Positions 44,001 through 52,570 of a DNA stretch of 64,000 nt are shown piece by piece; the first letter of the stretch is position 1, and every line of letters starts with the position of its first letter. The DNA is from Candidatus Falkowbacteria bacterium (GTDB lineage Bacteria > Patescibacteriota > Patescibacteriia > Patescibacteriales > UBA12075). Under the pieces are notes generated by a model. The model was not told where the DNA came from, searched no databases, and was given only the letters and a program-made list of their open reading frames with translations. The stretch spans positions 1,638 through 65,637 of the forward strand of contig JAZDLN010000032.1 in assembly GCA_043801965.1 (NCBI GenBank), in the 5' to 3' direction. Made by a program: the position numbers and the translations under genes.

Positions 44001-44065
44001 CTCCGAAGACCGCCATTGACTGGGATATAGTCCGGGCCATAGCTTATTCGGGAGCCATAAGATAA
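41009..44065 (+). CDS. Large secreted multidomain surface protein (cohesin-like modules, Ig-like domains, poly-Pro and poly-Gly linkers)
   Basis: 1018 aa with signal peptide. Repeated cohesin-like modules ([33 protein letters not shown]), an Ig-like module ([32 protein letters not shown]), a PPPPPPP linker and a G/S-rich linker. Confidence 0.7.
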   Translation: [1018 protein letters not shown]

Positions 44066-44097
44066 AATTAAATAATAAGATAAATTAATAACAAAAA

Positions 44098-44125
44098 ACC
44101 GGGGTCCTGTTAAGGAACCCGGTTT
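44098..44125. terminator. Bidirectional terminator
   Basis: accggggtcc-tgttaa-ggaacccggt with flanking A6 and T4. Confidence 0.75.
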
Positions 44126-44153
44126 TAATATCTTATATCTAATATCAAAAATA

Positions 44154-44516
44154 TTATTTAACCGTTACCGACACCCTGTCTTTTACGCCCATGTCTATCG
44201 CCACCTTGTCTCCATCTTTGATCTTGCCCTCGATAATATCGAGCGCGAGCTCATCTAATATCATGTTCTGGATTATGCGTTTAAGAGGACGGGCGCCGAA
44301 AGTGACGTCATAGCCTTTATCCGCAAGCATCTTCTTTACCTTGGGCGCGATCTTAAGCCTTATATTCTGGTCTTTGAGGCGGTTTTCAAGCTTAATGAGT
44401 TCAAGATCGACGATCTTCGTGAGCGTATGCTTGTCCAGGCTCTTGAATATGACGATTTCATCGATCCGGTTTAGGAATTCAAGTTTGAAATGGTTCTTAA
44501 GGATCGTGTCGATCTT
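44154..44516 (-). pseudogene. clpB: clpB 3' portion (120 codons) continuing in frame after an internal TAA
   Basis: Manual translation directly after the stop at 44517-44519 gives KIDTILKNHFKLEFLNRIDEIVIFKSL...FGARPLKRIIQNMILDELA...VSVTVK*. This is the conserved ClpB D2 small domain. The ORF track missed it because it has no long Met-initiated ORF. Confidence 0.85.
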
Positions 44517-46781
44517 TTACTTCATCTCGTCGGAACGCATTTTAGCCGCTTCGACCGCGTCGCCACCGTCGGAGAAACCGATCGAGTACTGCTTAATGAC
44601 CTCGTTCCCCAGATTAGAGGTCATGATCACGATCGTATTCTTAAAGTTGACCATCCGTCCTTTCGAATCGGTGACCCGGCCGTCATCCAGTACCTGCAGG
44701 AGTATATTGAATACTTCCGGATGGGCTTTCTCTATCTCGTCAAAGAGAACGACGCTATAGGGCCGGCGCCTGATCTTTTCGGTCAATTGCCCCCCTTCGT
44801 CGTGGCCGACGTAACCGGGAGGCGAGCCGATGATCTTGGCCACTGAATGCTTTTCCATGAATTCGCTCATGTCTATCCGGATCAGGGCCGCGTCATCGTT
44901 AAACATGAATTTAGCCAGCGCTTTCGCGAGTTCGGTTTTGCCCACTCCGGTCGGGCCGACAAAGAGGAAAGAACCGATCGGCCTCTGCTCTTCGCTTATC
45001 CCGGCTCTTGAACGCCGGATGGCGTTAGCCACGGATTTGATCGCGTCCGCTTGCCCCTTTACCCGGGAAGATAATTCTTCTTCGGCGCGGGCCAGTTTTT
45101 TTATTTCGGATTCGAGCATTTTCGAAACCGGAATCCCGGTCCAGCGGGAAACAACTTTCGCGATATCTTCTTCGTCGATCTCTTCTTTCAGTATCCTTTG
45201 GCCGCTTTTCTGTATCTTAAAAAGTTCGTCTTCGTTCTTTTTAACCTCTTTTTCCAGTTGAGGGATCTTCGAGTATCTGATCTCGGCCACTTCGGTAAGA
45301 TCGTCGCCTTTTCTTTCTATTATTTCCGCCCGGGCCTTAAGTTCGTCTATATCCTTTTTCGAGGCGCGTATCCGCGAGATGATCTCCTTTTCGTTGTTCC
45401 AATGCAATTCGATCTGACCGGCCTTTTCCTTTATTTGAGCCAGCTTCTCGTTAACATGCGCCAATTTGGCCGAGTTTCTTTTTTCTTTGATCAATCCGGC
45501 TTTTTCGATCTCGAGGCGTTTTATCTCCCTTTTTAATTCATCCAGTTCCTCGGGCATGGAATCGATTTCCATCCGGAGAGCGGAGGTCGCCTCGTCAACG
45601 AGGTCAACGGCCTTATCCGGCAGGAAACGGTCCGTAATATAGCGGGAAGAAAGTTTTACCGCCGCTATGATCGCGTCATCCGTGATTCTGACGCCATGAT
45701 GAACCTCGTATTTTTCCTTTATGCCCCTAAGTATCGCGACCGCGTCTTCCTGGTTCGGTTCGGCCACGTAGATCGGCTGGAAGCGTCTTTCCAGCGCTGA
45801 ATCGCGTTCGATATATTTCTGGTATTCCTTGGTCGTGGTCGCTCCGACGGCTTTAAGCTCGCCGCGAGCCAAAGCTGGTTTAAGCATGTTGGAAGCGTCC
45901 ATCGATCCTTCGGACGCTCCCGCGCCCACTAAAGTATGGAGCTCGTCGATGAACAATATTATTTTGCCGCCGTTGGCTTTTACCTCTTTCATGACCGCTT
46001 TCAGGCGATCTTCGAATTCGCCGCGGAATTTAGCGCCCGCCACCAAAGCGCCCAGGTCCAGGCTGATCAATTCCTTGTTTTTCAGGGTTTCGGGCACGTC
46101 GCCGGAAACGATCCTTTGGGCCAGGCCCTCGACGATAGCGGTTTTGCCGGTTCCCGCCTCGCCGATCAAAACCGGGTTATTCTTGGTACGGCGGGACAGG
46201 ACCTGCATGATGCGCCTGATCTCGTTATCCCGGCCGATCACCGGGTCAAGCTTTTTCTTGCGCGCCAGGTCGGTCAGGTTAATGGCGTATTTCTCCATGA
46301 CCTTATATTTAGTCTCGGGGTCGGGATTATCGACTTTCTGCGTACCGCGCAGCTTCGACAATATTTCCAATACGCTTTCATATTCAAGACCCAATCCGAT
46401 CAATATACCCTGGGCTTCGGTTTTAATTCCAATAAGCGCCAAGAGCAAATGCTCGGTCGAAATATATTCATCTCCCATCTGTTCAGCCTCTTTTTTCGAT
46501 CGTTCCAGAATCATGGCGACTTCCGCCGTGCCCTGGACGGTGCCCGCGGCCGAAACGGAAGACGATTTGGGAAGTTTTTCTATCCGGTCATAAACTTTTT
46601 GTTCGACCGCTTCGGGAGCGACTTTCAGTTTTTCCAGGATCGGCTTGACCAGGCTTTCGCTTTGGGTCAAAAGCGAAGCCAGAATATGCAAAGCCTCGAT
46701 CTGCATCTGTCCGTGATCCTGGGCGATTATCTGGGCGTTTATGATCGCTTCCTGTGATTTATTCGTAAATTTATTGAACAT
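44517..46781 (-). CDS. clpB: ATP-dependent chaperone ClpB, N-terminal 754 aa (truncated by an in-frame TAA)
   Basis: Clp N domain, NBD1 [15 protein letters not shown], a coiled-coil M domain and NBD2 [15 protein letters not shown]. The ORF ends at ...MRSDEMK*, about 120 aa short of full length. Confidence 0.9.
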   Translation of the reverse strand: MFNKFTNKSQEAIINAQIIAQDHGQMQIEALHILASLLTQSESLVKPILEKLKVAPEAVEQKVYDRIEKLPKSSSVSAAGTVQGTAEVAMILERSKKEAEQMGDEYISTEHLLLALIGIKTEAQGILIGLGLEYESVLEILSKLRGTQKVDNPDPETKYKVMEKYAINLTDLARKKKLDPVIGRDNEIRRIMQVLSRRTKNNPVLIGEAGTGKTAIVEGLAQRIVSGDVPETLKNKELISLDLGALVAGAKFRGEFEDRLKAVMKEVKANGGKIILFIDELHTLVGAGASEGSMDASNMLKPALARGELKAVGATTTKEYQKYIERDSALERRFQPIYVAEPNQEDAVAILRGIKEKYEVHHGVRITDDAIIAAVKLSSRYITDRFLPDKAVDLVDEATSALRMEIDSMPEELDELKREIKRLEIEKAGLIKEKRNSAKLAHVNEKLAQIKEKAGQIELHWNNEKEIISRIRASKKDIDELKARAEIIERKGDDLTEVAEIRYSKIPQLEKEVKKNEDELFKIQKSGQRILKEEIDEEDIAKVVSRWTGIPVSKMLESEIKKLARAEEELSSRVKGQADAIKSVANAIRRSRAGISEEQRPIGSFLFVGPTGVGKTELAKALAKFMFNDDAALIRIDMSEFMEKHSVAKIIGSPPGYVGHDEGGQLTEKIRRRPYSVVLFDEIEKAHPEVFNILLQVLDDGRVTDSKGRMVNFKNTIVIMTSNLGNEVIKQYSIGFSDGGDAVEAAKMRSDEMK

Positions 46782-46844
46782 ATTTTTATACCATTAAATT
46801 ATTATTATAAAATAAATAAGTTAACCCGCAGTTAGAATCTAGTG

Positions 46845-46871
46845 TTAGCACTCAAAGCTCATGAGTGCTAA
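46845..46871. promoter_or_regulatory. CIRCE operator (HrcA-binding inverted repeat), perfect consensus
   Basis: TTAGCACTC-aaagctcat-GAGTGCTAA, located 64 nt upstream of the clpB ATG. Confidence 0.85.
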
Positions 46872-46875
46872 TTAT

Positions 46876-46904
46876 AATTTACAACAAAAGAATTTACGTG
46901 TCAA
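46876..46904 (-). promoter_or_regulatory. Promoter TTGACA-17-TAAATT for clpB
   Basis: Minus-strand hexamers at 46899-46904 and 46876-46881. CIRCE begins 4 nt downstream of the -10. Confidence 0.65.
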
Positions 46905-46951
46905 GTGCTTAACGATTTTTAAAAATTTTATTATATTATTAGCTAAAATAA

Positions 46952-46970
46952 AATGCCGGTTTAAGGCATT
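46952..46970 (-). terminator. Terminator after the radical SAM gene
   Basis: aatgcc-ggtttaa-ggcatt, with a T-rich run on the minus strand. Confidence 0.6.
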
Positions 46971-46988
46971 AAAAATTGCTTTACTATA

Positions 46989-48023
46989 TTATTCTACGAT
47001 ATTAAGGTCCCGGTCGCAATAAGCGCAACGCCCGCCGGCGTCCAGCCGCTCTATGCTATAACCCATTCGCCGGATAGCGATCTCGCCGCATTTGGGGCAG
47101 TAAGTATTTTCTTTCTGGTCTCCGGGGACGTTGCCGGCGTAAACATATTTAAGCCCCGCCTCCCGTCCGATCTCGCAAGCCTCGTATATAAGGTCATCGG
47201 CGGTCGACGCCAGGCTTTTAAGCTTCCAGGACAAAGAAGGTGAAAACCGGCTAACGTGCCAGGGTACGTCAACGTCAAGTTCCCCGGCAATGAACTCCGC
47301 CACCCGGTTAAGCATGTCCGCGTTAGCGGATAAAGAAGGGATTATGAGCGTCGTTATTTCCAGGTGAACCTGTTCCTGTTTTAATATTTTAAGGTTTGTA
47401 AGTACCGGATCCAGGCGCGCCTCGCAATTAGCTTTATAGAAATCGTTATCGATCGATTTCAGGTCAACATTGATCGCGTCCAGATAGGGGATTATGGCCC
47501 TAAGACAATCCTCGCTCATATAGCCGTTAGAAACCCAGACATTCTTAAGGCCGCTCTCCCGGGCCAGCTTCATTATATCCAGGGCGTATTCGGTAAATAC
47601 GGTCGGCTCGTTATAGGTATAGGAAATCGAATCGCAATCATTGGCTAACGCCTCCTCGATCATTCTTTCCGGCGTAACGAAATTCAAATCCTTTATTTTT
47701 TTTTCAAGCGTTCTGGCCTGGCTGATGTTCCAGTTTTGGCAATTGGCGCAAGCGAAGTTACAGCCCAGGGTGCCGAAAGAATAGGTACTGGATCCCGGAA
47801 AAAAATGAAACAGAGGTTTTTTTTCGACCGGATCCACGTTAGCGTCCAAGGGGTACCCGTAAACCAGCGAATTTAAAACGCCGTTATCGTTTTTCCGGGC
47901 GCGGCAAATACCGGTCTGGCCGTTTTTGATTACGCAAAAATGATTACATAAACGGCATTCCACGGATTTACCGTCAAGTTTTTTGTAAAATAGGGCTTCA
48001 CGCATATAGATTTCCAAATACAT
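46989..48023 (-). CDS. AmmeMemoRadiSam-system-type radical SAM enzyme (PFL-activase-like)
   Basis: 344 aa. N-terminal Cys cluster ECRLCNHFCVIKNGQTGIC and radical SAM motif GCNFACANCQNW. A C-terminal CPKCG...CAYC pair is present. The start may be the internal Met at 48005. Confidence 0.75.
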   Translation of the reverse strand: MYLEIYMREALFYKKLDGKSVECRLCNHFCVIKNGQTGICRARKNDNGVLNSLVYGYPLDANVDPVEKKPLFHFFPGSSTYSFGTLGCNFACANCQNWNISQARTLEKKIKDLNFVTPERMIEEALANDCDSISYTYNEPTVFTEYALDIMKLARESGLKNVWVSNGYMSEDCLRAIIPYLDAINVDLKSIDNDFYKANCEARLDPVLTNLKILKQEQVHLEITTLIIPSLSANADMLNRVAEFIAGELDVDVPWHVSRFSPSLSWKLKSLASTADDLIYEACEIGREAGLKYVYAGNVPGDQKENTYCPKCGEIAIRRMGYSIERLDAGGRCAYCDRDLNIVE

Positions 48024-48057
48024 TGCTTAACCTCGCTATTTACAGTATAATAATTAT

Positions 48058-48615
48058 ATGAAAAATGTCAAAAATAAAAGATTATTCATAGCCCTGAATC
48101 TCCCCGCGGAGACAAAACAAGGCGTGAAAATTTTTCTTGACGGAATAAAGGAAGATATTACTGGGGTAGACTGGGCAAATCCCTTAACCCTCCACCTTAC
48201 CCTCCATTTTTTAGGGGATATCGGACCGGAGCAGGCGGAGAAAATAAAAATGGAAATGCAAAATCTTTCCGGCAAGTTCCACCCGATGGAATTCGCTTTA
48301 AACGGCAGGCTAAACGCTTTTCCGGCCTTGAATGATCCTAAGATCCTCTATCTGGAGATAAAACAGTCCAACGGCAATTCCGCTCTTTCGCTCCAGAAAA
48401 TACTCGGTAAAAACCTGTCCCAATGGGTAAAGATCGATAAACGGCCATGGCGCCCCCACCTGACGATCGGCCGCGTAAAGGATCCGAAGGCGCTGCGTTT
48501 ACCCGATAATATAATTTACCCGAAAGCCGAATTCAGGATAGGCGAATTTTCTTTGATGGAATCGAAACCGCGCTCAGACTATAGTTTAGTAGAGAGGTAT
48601 AGATTGTCAATGTAA
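48058..48615 (+). CDS. thpR: RNA 2',3'-cyclic phosphodiesterase (2H phosphoesterase, ThpR/LigT)
   Basis: 185 aa with two HxT motifs, HLTLHFLG and HLTIGR. Confidence 0.85.
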   Translation: MKNVKNKRLFIALNLPAETKQGVKIFLDGIKEDITGVDWANPLTLHLTLHFLGDIGPEQAEKIKMEMQNLSGKFHPMEFALNGRLNAFPALNDPKILYLEIKQSNGNSALSLQKILGKNLSQWVKIDKRPWRPHLTIGRVKDPKALRLPDNIIYPKAEFRIGEFSLMESKPRSDYSLVERYRLSM

Positions 48616-48643
48616 ATATTTAAGTTAAATAAACTACAAATCA

Positions 48644-49516
48644 ATGAGTTCGGCAATCGGCATCGGTTTTGCTTTATCAGCCCTGATCTTCTGGGCAATG
48701 GGTGATTTTCTGATACAGAAATCAACGCGCCTGATAGGGAGCTGGAAATCATTGTTTGTAAACTGTGCCGTCGCCGTTCTGGCGCTGACCCCTTTCGTAA
48801 TTGGCCGCCTGTCAGGATTGTCAGCGGGAAACTGGCTCGTGCTCGGTGCACTCTGCGTGATAATAACGGCGGCCGCGATACTGGATTATGAGGCTCTTCG
48901 AAAGGGAAAATTCGCGGTGATCGAACCGATATTCGGGGTTGAGCTTCCCTTGACCGTGGTCTTGAGCGTTCTGATCGGAGGAGAACAATTATCTTTGATA
49001 CAGGTCTTTTTGATACTTTTGATTTTTTTCGGCCTCCTGGCTACGGCGATCCAGAGCAAGAAAATACTTCGTTTCATTTCTGATTTTAAATGGGAAGCAG
49101 GGGTCAAATACGCAATCTTTGCCGCGATCGGTATGGCCGCCGCAAATTTTCTAACCGGAATCGCCAGTCGGGGAAGCTCGCCCTTGGTCGCGGTTTGGGC
49201 CATGAACTTTTTTATCTTAACCGTGAGTTTTGTAATAATCGCGGCGCAAGGTAAATTAAGGGCTATTCCGCGCGATATTATTAATAAGCCCAAAGTGATC
49301 CTTGGTCAGGCAATATTCGATAATCTGGCCTGGGTATCATTCGCGTTCTCAACAACCTACATAGCCATCTCGATCACTACCGCGATCAGCGAAAGCTATA
49401 TCGCGCTCGCCGCAGCCATGGGTCTTTTGATCAATCAAGAAAAATTGCAAACCCACCAATTCTGGGGAGTGGCTATAGTCGTTACCGGCATTATAGCGTT
49501 GTCAATCGTGTCGTAA
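48644..49516 (+). CDS. EamA/DMT-superfamily transporter
   Basis: 290 aa, about 10 TM helices, with two-fold internal repeat architecture. Confidence 0.65.
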   Translation: MSSAIGIGFALSALIFWAMGDFLIQKSTRLIGSWKSLFVNCAVAVLALTPFVIGRLSGLSAGNWLVLGALCVIITAAAILDYEALRKGKFAVIEPIFGVELPLTVVLSVLIGGEQLSLIQVFLILLIFFGLLATAIQSKKILRFISDFKWEAGVKYAIFAAIGMAAANFLTGIASRGSSPLVAVWAMNFFILTVSFVIIAAQGKLRAIPRDIINKPKVILGQAIFDNLAWVSFAFSTTYIAISITTAISESYIALAAAMGLLINQEKLQTHQFWGVAIVVTGIIALSIVS

Positions 49517-49526
49517 ATTAAATAAT

Positions 49527-50735
49527 ATGGAAAATATCAATATACTGGGAATAAACATAAGTTCGATCGACAAAGATTCGCTTTGGAAAAAGATCGGAGG
49601 GTTTTTGTCCGACGGCGGCCAGCATTATATCGTTACCCCCAATCCGGAAATAATTCTTGCGGCGCAAAAGGACGAAGAATTCTGGCATATCCTTAACCAC
49701 GCTGATCTCGCCCTACCGGACGGCATCGGACTTAAATTCGCCGCGTGGGCGTTAGGTTTTAATTTAAAACGCGTGACCGGAGCTGATCTCACCGCAGAGA
49801 TACTTAAAATGGCCGAAGACCAACATCGCAAAATAGCCGTATTAAACTGGCGCAAAAGCCTTTCCCGAAAGGAGGATATCGAAGCTATTTTGCGGAGCAA
49901 ATATCCGAAACTGGATTTCGCGATCGAAGAGATCGATCGGGAATGGAGCATGCCCTTTTATCAGAACATCAATGTTTTCCAACCGGAAATAATATTCGTG
50001 GCTTTGGGCGCTCCCTGGCAGGAAAAGTTCATTTACGGCAACCTGCCGAAAATGCCTTTCGTAAAATTAGCCGTCGGCGTGGGCGGCGCTTTCGATTTTT
50101 TAACCGGTAGGATAAAGCGGGCCCCCGGGATCGTGCGCGCGGCTGGTTTCGAATGGTTATGGCGCGTTTTTAGAGAAGTCGGGGGGCGGCGGCTTTGGCG
50201 CCTGCGCAGAATATACGACGCGGCAGTCATATTTCCGCTTAAATTCATCAAATGGCGCTTTATCCAGCCGTTTTTGTACCGGCCAAGCGTCGCCTGCCTG
50301 CTCTTTAAAAATGAAAACGGTAAATATAGAATTTTACTGACTGAACGGAAGGATGAACCCGGCCATTGGCAACTGCCGCAAGGCGGAACCGACGGGGAAG
50401 GCGTAGAAACCGCCGGCACGCGGGAATTATCGGAAGAACTTAATACTAATAAATTCAAGCCCCTGGTAACTTTCAAAAATTTATGGAAATATAAATTCAA
50501 CGACAAAACCGGTAAATATAAAACAAACAGACACATCGGTTACCGGGGCCAGAAACAGAGCCTGTTTATCGCGGAATTCATAGGCAAGGACGGGGATATT
50601 AAACCAAATTACTGGGATCACGCCGGGTGGAAGTGGGTCGACAGCGAAAAACTGGTCGAAGAAGCGCATGAGGTAAGGCGGAAGGCGGCGAAAATATATT
50701 TGGAAAAATTTAATAAAACGATAAACAAGCAATAA
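49527..50735 (+). CDS. WecG/TagA/CpsF-family glycosyltransferase fused to a C-terminal NUDIX hydrolase domain
   Basis: 402 aa. N-terminal TagA-like region (YIVTPNPEII...LALPDGIGL...GAPWQEKF). C-terminal Nudix box GGTDGEGVETAGTRELSEELN. Confidence 0.7.
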   Translation: MENINILGINISSIDKDSLWKKIGGFLSDGGQHYIVTPNPEIILAAQKDEEFWHILNHADLALPDGIGLKFAAWALGFNLKRVTGADLTAEILKMAEDQHRKIAVLNWRKSLSRKEDIEAILRSKYPKLDFAIEEIDREWSMPFYQNINVFQPEIIFVALGAPWQEKFIYGNLPKMPFVKLAVGVGGAFDFLTGRIKRAPGIVRAAGFEWLWRVFREVGGRRLWRLRRIYDAAVIFPLKFIKWRFIQPFLYRPSVACLLFKNENGKYRILLTERKDEPGHWQLPQGGTDGEGVETAGTRELSEELNTNKFKPLVTFKNLWKYKFNDKTGKYKTNRHIGYRGQKQSLFIAEFIGKDGDIKPNYWDHAGWKWVDSEKLVEEAHEVRRKAAKIYLEKFNKTINKQ

Positions 50736-50741
50736 AAAAAT

Positions 50742-50930
50742 ATGAAAATGCGTTTAAAAAAATATATTTATCTTATAAACGACATAACCAACATTATCTT
50801 AAAAAAAGACAGAGAGGAAGAGGCGGCGCAAGCGGCGGATAACGTCAAAAAACTTCGGACCGCGCTTATCGCGGCCGGTTTTCTTCTTTTGGTATCGCTT
50901 ATATTCAATGTTTATTTTCTAATCGGTTAA
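50742..50930 (+). CDS. Small C-terminally anchored membrane protein, hypothetical
   Basis: 62 aa with a single TM helix LIAAGFLLLVSLIFNVYFLI. Confidence 0.4.
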   Translation: MKMRLKKYIYLINDITNIILKKDREEEAAQAADNVKKLRTALIAAGFLLLVSLIFNVYFLIG

Positions 50931-50980
50931 ATACTGTACAAAAAATTTGTACAGCTATTAATTAGCTTAATTATAAAAAT

Positions 50981-52447
50981 ATGACCCAAATAAGAACACG
51001 CTTCGCGCCCAGCCCGACCGGATTCCTGCATATCGGCGGCCTGCGGACAGCTTTATTTACGTATCTTTTAGCTAAAAGCGCCGGTGGAAAATTTATTTTG
51101 CGGATAGAAGACACGGACCAGAAAAGAAAAGTTGAAAACGCCCAGGAAAAATTATTGGAAATACTGGAGTGGTCCGGCCTTAAATTCGATGAGGGGCCGC
51201 ATGTCGGCGGCGGATACGGGCCGTATATCCAGAGCGAGCGCCAGGCGATTTATGATAAATACCGGGATGAACTTTTAGCCAAAGACGGGGCTTACCATTG
51301 TTTCTGCGCGCCGGAAAGATTAGAAAAAATGCGCGCGGACCAACAGGCGGCCAAGCAGGCGCCGCGTTATGATCGCCATTGCCGCGATTTAAGTCCGATT
51401 GAGGTGGAAAATAAAATCAAAGCCGGGGAAAAATACGTTATCAGGCAAAAAATGCCGCTAACAGGCGAAGTGATAGCCGTTGACGAACTGCGCGGACCCA
51501 TAAAATTCCGGGCTGAAGAATTAGAAGACCATGTGCTTATAAAATCAAACGGCATCCCGACTTACCAATTCGCGGTCGTAGTGGATGACCATTTGATGGA
51601 AATAACGCATGTTACCAGAACTGAAGAATGGCTGCCGTCATTTCCGAAAAATATCTTATTGTACAAGGCTTTTGGCTGGGAACCGCCGGTTTTCGCGCAT
51701 TTTCCCTTTGTCGCCAACAAAGGCGGAGGAAAATTAAGCAAACGGCAAGGGGATGTGGCGGTCGAAGATTTTCGCGACAAGGGCTATTTGCCGGAAGCGC
51801 TTTTAAATTTTAATGTTTTACTCGGTTGGCACCCCGAAGGCGATAATGAAATACTTTCTTTAAATGAAATGGAAAAGCTTTTTGACTTTAAGAATGTGGG
51901 CACCAGTTCGGCGGTTTTTGACATCGATAAGCTCGATTATTTCAATGGTTATTATATCAGGCAAAAGCCGCTGGATGAATTAGTCGAATTATGCCGGCCG
52001 TTTTTGGAGAAAAATCTGGCTTTAACCGATAACCCCCGTAAAAAATCCAAAGAGTTTATTAGCGGCGTAGTCAGACTGGAACAGGAAAGACTAAAAAAAC
52101 TCTCTGAAATCGAGGGATTAACAAAATTATTTTTTGTTGACAAGCTGGACACGGCCATGGTTCTTCTGCTTTTGCCCTGGAAAAAACTGACCGCCCCACA
52201 GGCGCGTGAAAACCTTAAGCTTATTGTCGGGCTTTTGGAAAAAATTCCGGAAGAAAACTGGACCAATGATTCCCTTGAAGAGGGGATAATGGGCTATCTT
52301 AAATCTAAAGAATTGAAGATAGGGGAATATCTTTGGCCGATGCGGGTGGCTTTGACCGGCGAAAAAGCCAGTCCCGGTCCTTTTGACGTGGCTGAGGTTT
52401 TGGGTAAAAAGGAAAGCCTGGAAAGAATAAAATCGATTACAGTTTAA
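50981..52447 (+). CDS. gltX: Glutamate--tRNA ligase
   Basis: 488 aa. HIGH motif (PSPTGFLHIGG) and KMSKS variant KLSKR. Confidence 0.95.
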   Translation: MTQIRTRFAPSPTGFLHIGGLRTALFTYLLAKSAGGKFILRIEDTDQKRKVENAQEKLLEILEWSGLKFDEGPHVGGGYGPYIQSERQAIYDKYRDELLAKDGAYHCFCAPERLEKMRADQQAAKQAPRYDRHCRDLSPIEVENKIKAGEKYVIRQKMPLTGEVIAVDELRGPIKFRAEELEDHVLIKSNGIPTYQFAVVVDDHLMEITHVTRTEEWLPSFPKNILLYKAFGWEPPVFAHFPFVANKGGGKLSKRQGDVAVEDFRDKGYLPEALLNFNVLLGWHPEGDNEILSLNEMEKLFDFKNVGTSSAVFDIDKLDYFNGYYIRQKPLDELVELCRPFLEKNLALTDNPRKKSKEFISGVVRLEQERLKKLSEIEGLTKLFFVDKLDTAMVLLLLPWKKLTAPQARENLKLIVGLLEKIPEENWTNDSLEEGIMGYLKSKELKIGEYLWPMRVALTGEKASPGPFDVAEVLGKKESLERIKSITV

Positions 52448-52474
52448 ACGGGGAAAAATACAAAGACAAGACTG

Positions 52475-52500
52475 TAGAGACGAGGCAATGCCTCGTCTCT
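52475..52500. repeat. Palindrome TAGAGACGAGGCAATGCCTCGTCTCT, second copy of the dispersed repeat
   Basis: Differs from 21965-21990 by one extra A in the loop. Located 28 nt after the gltX stop. Confidence 0.8.
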
Positions 52501-52570
52501 CTTGCGAGGCAACCCGTTTTCGCATTTTGGTTTTTCCTTAACTTCGTGTTATAATAAAAGAACTTGATAT

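Noticed and set aside
44517-44519. Alternative genetic code (TAA read as sense) as the explanation for the clpB internal stop
   Set aside because: TAA terminates many well-supported genes in this window at the expected protein lengths, including copA's neighbours, gltX and fmt. A genome-wide TAA reassignment is therefore not supported. A local error, mutation or read-through is more likely.
45829-46757. Two plus-strand ORFs of 254 and 273 aa within clpB
   Set aside because: They are antisense to clpB, which has two complete AAA+ modules, so they are shadow ORFs.
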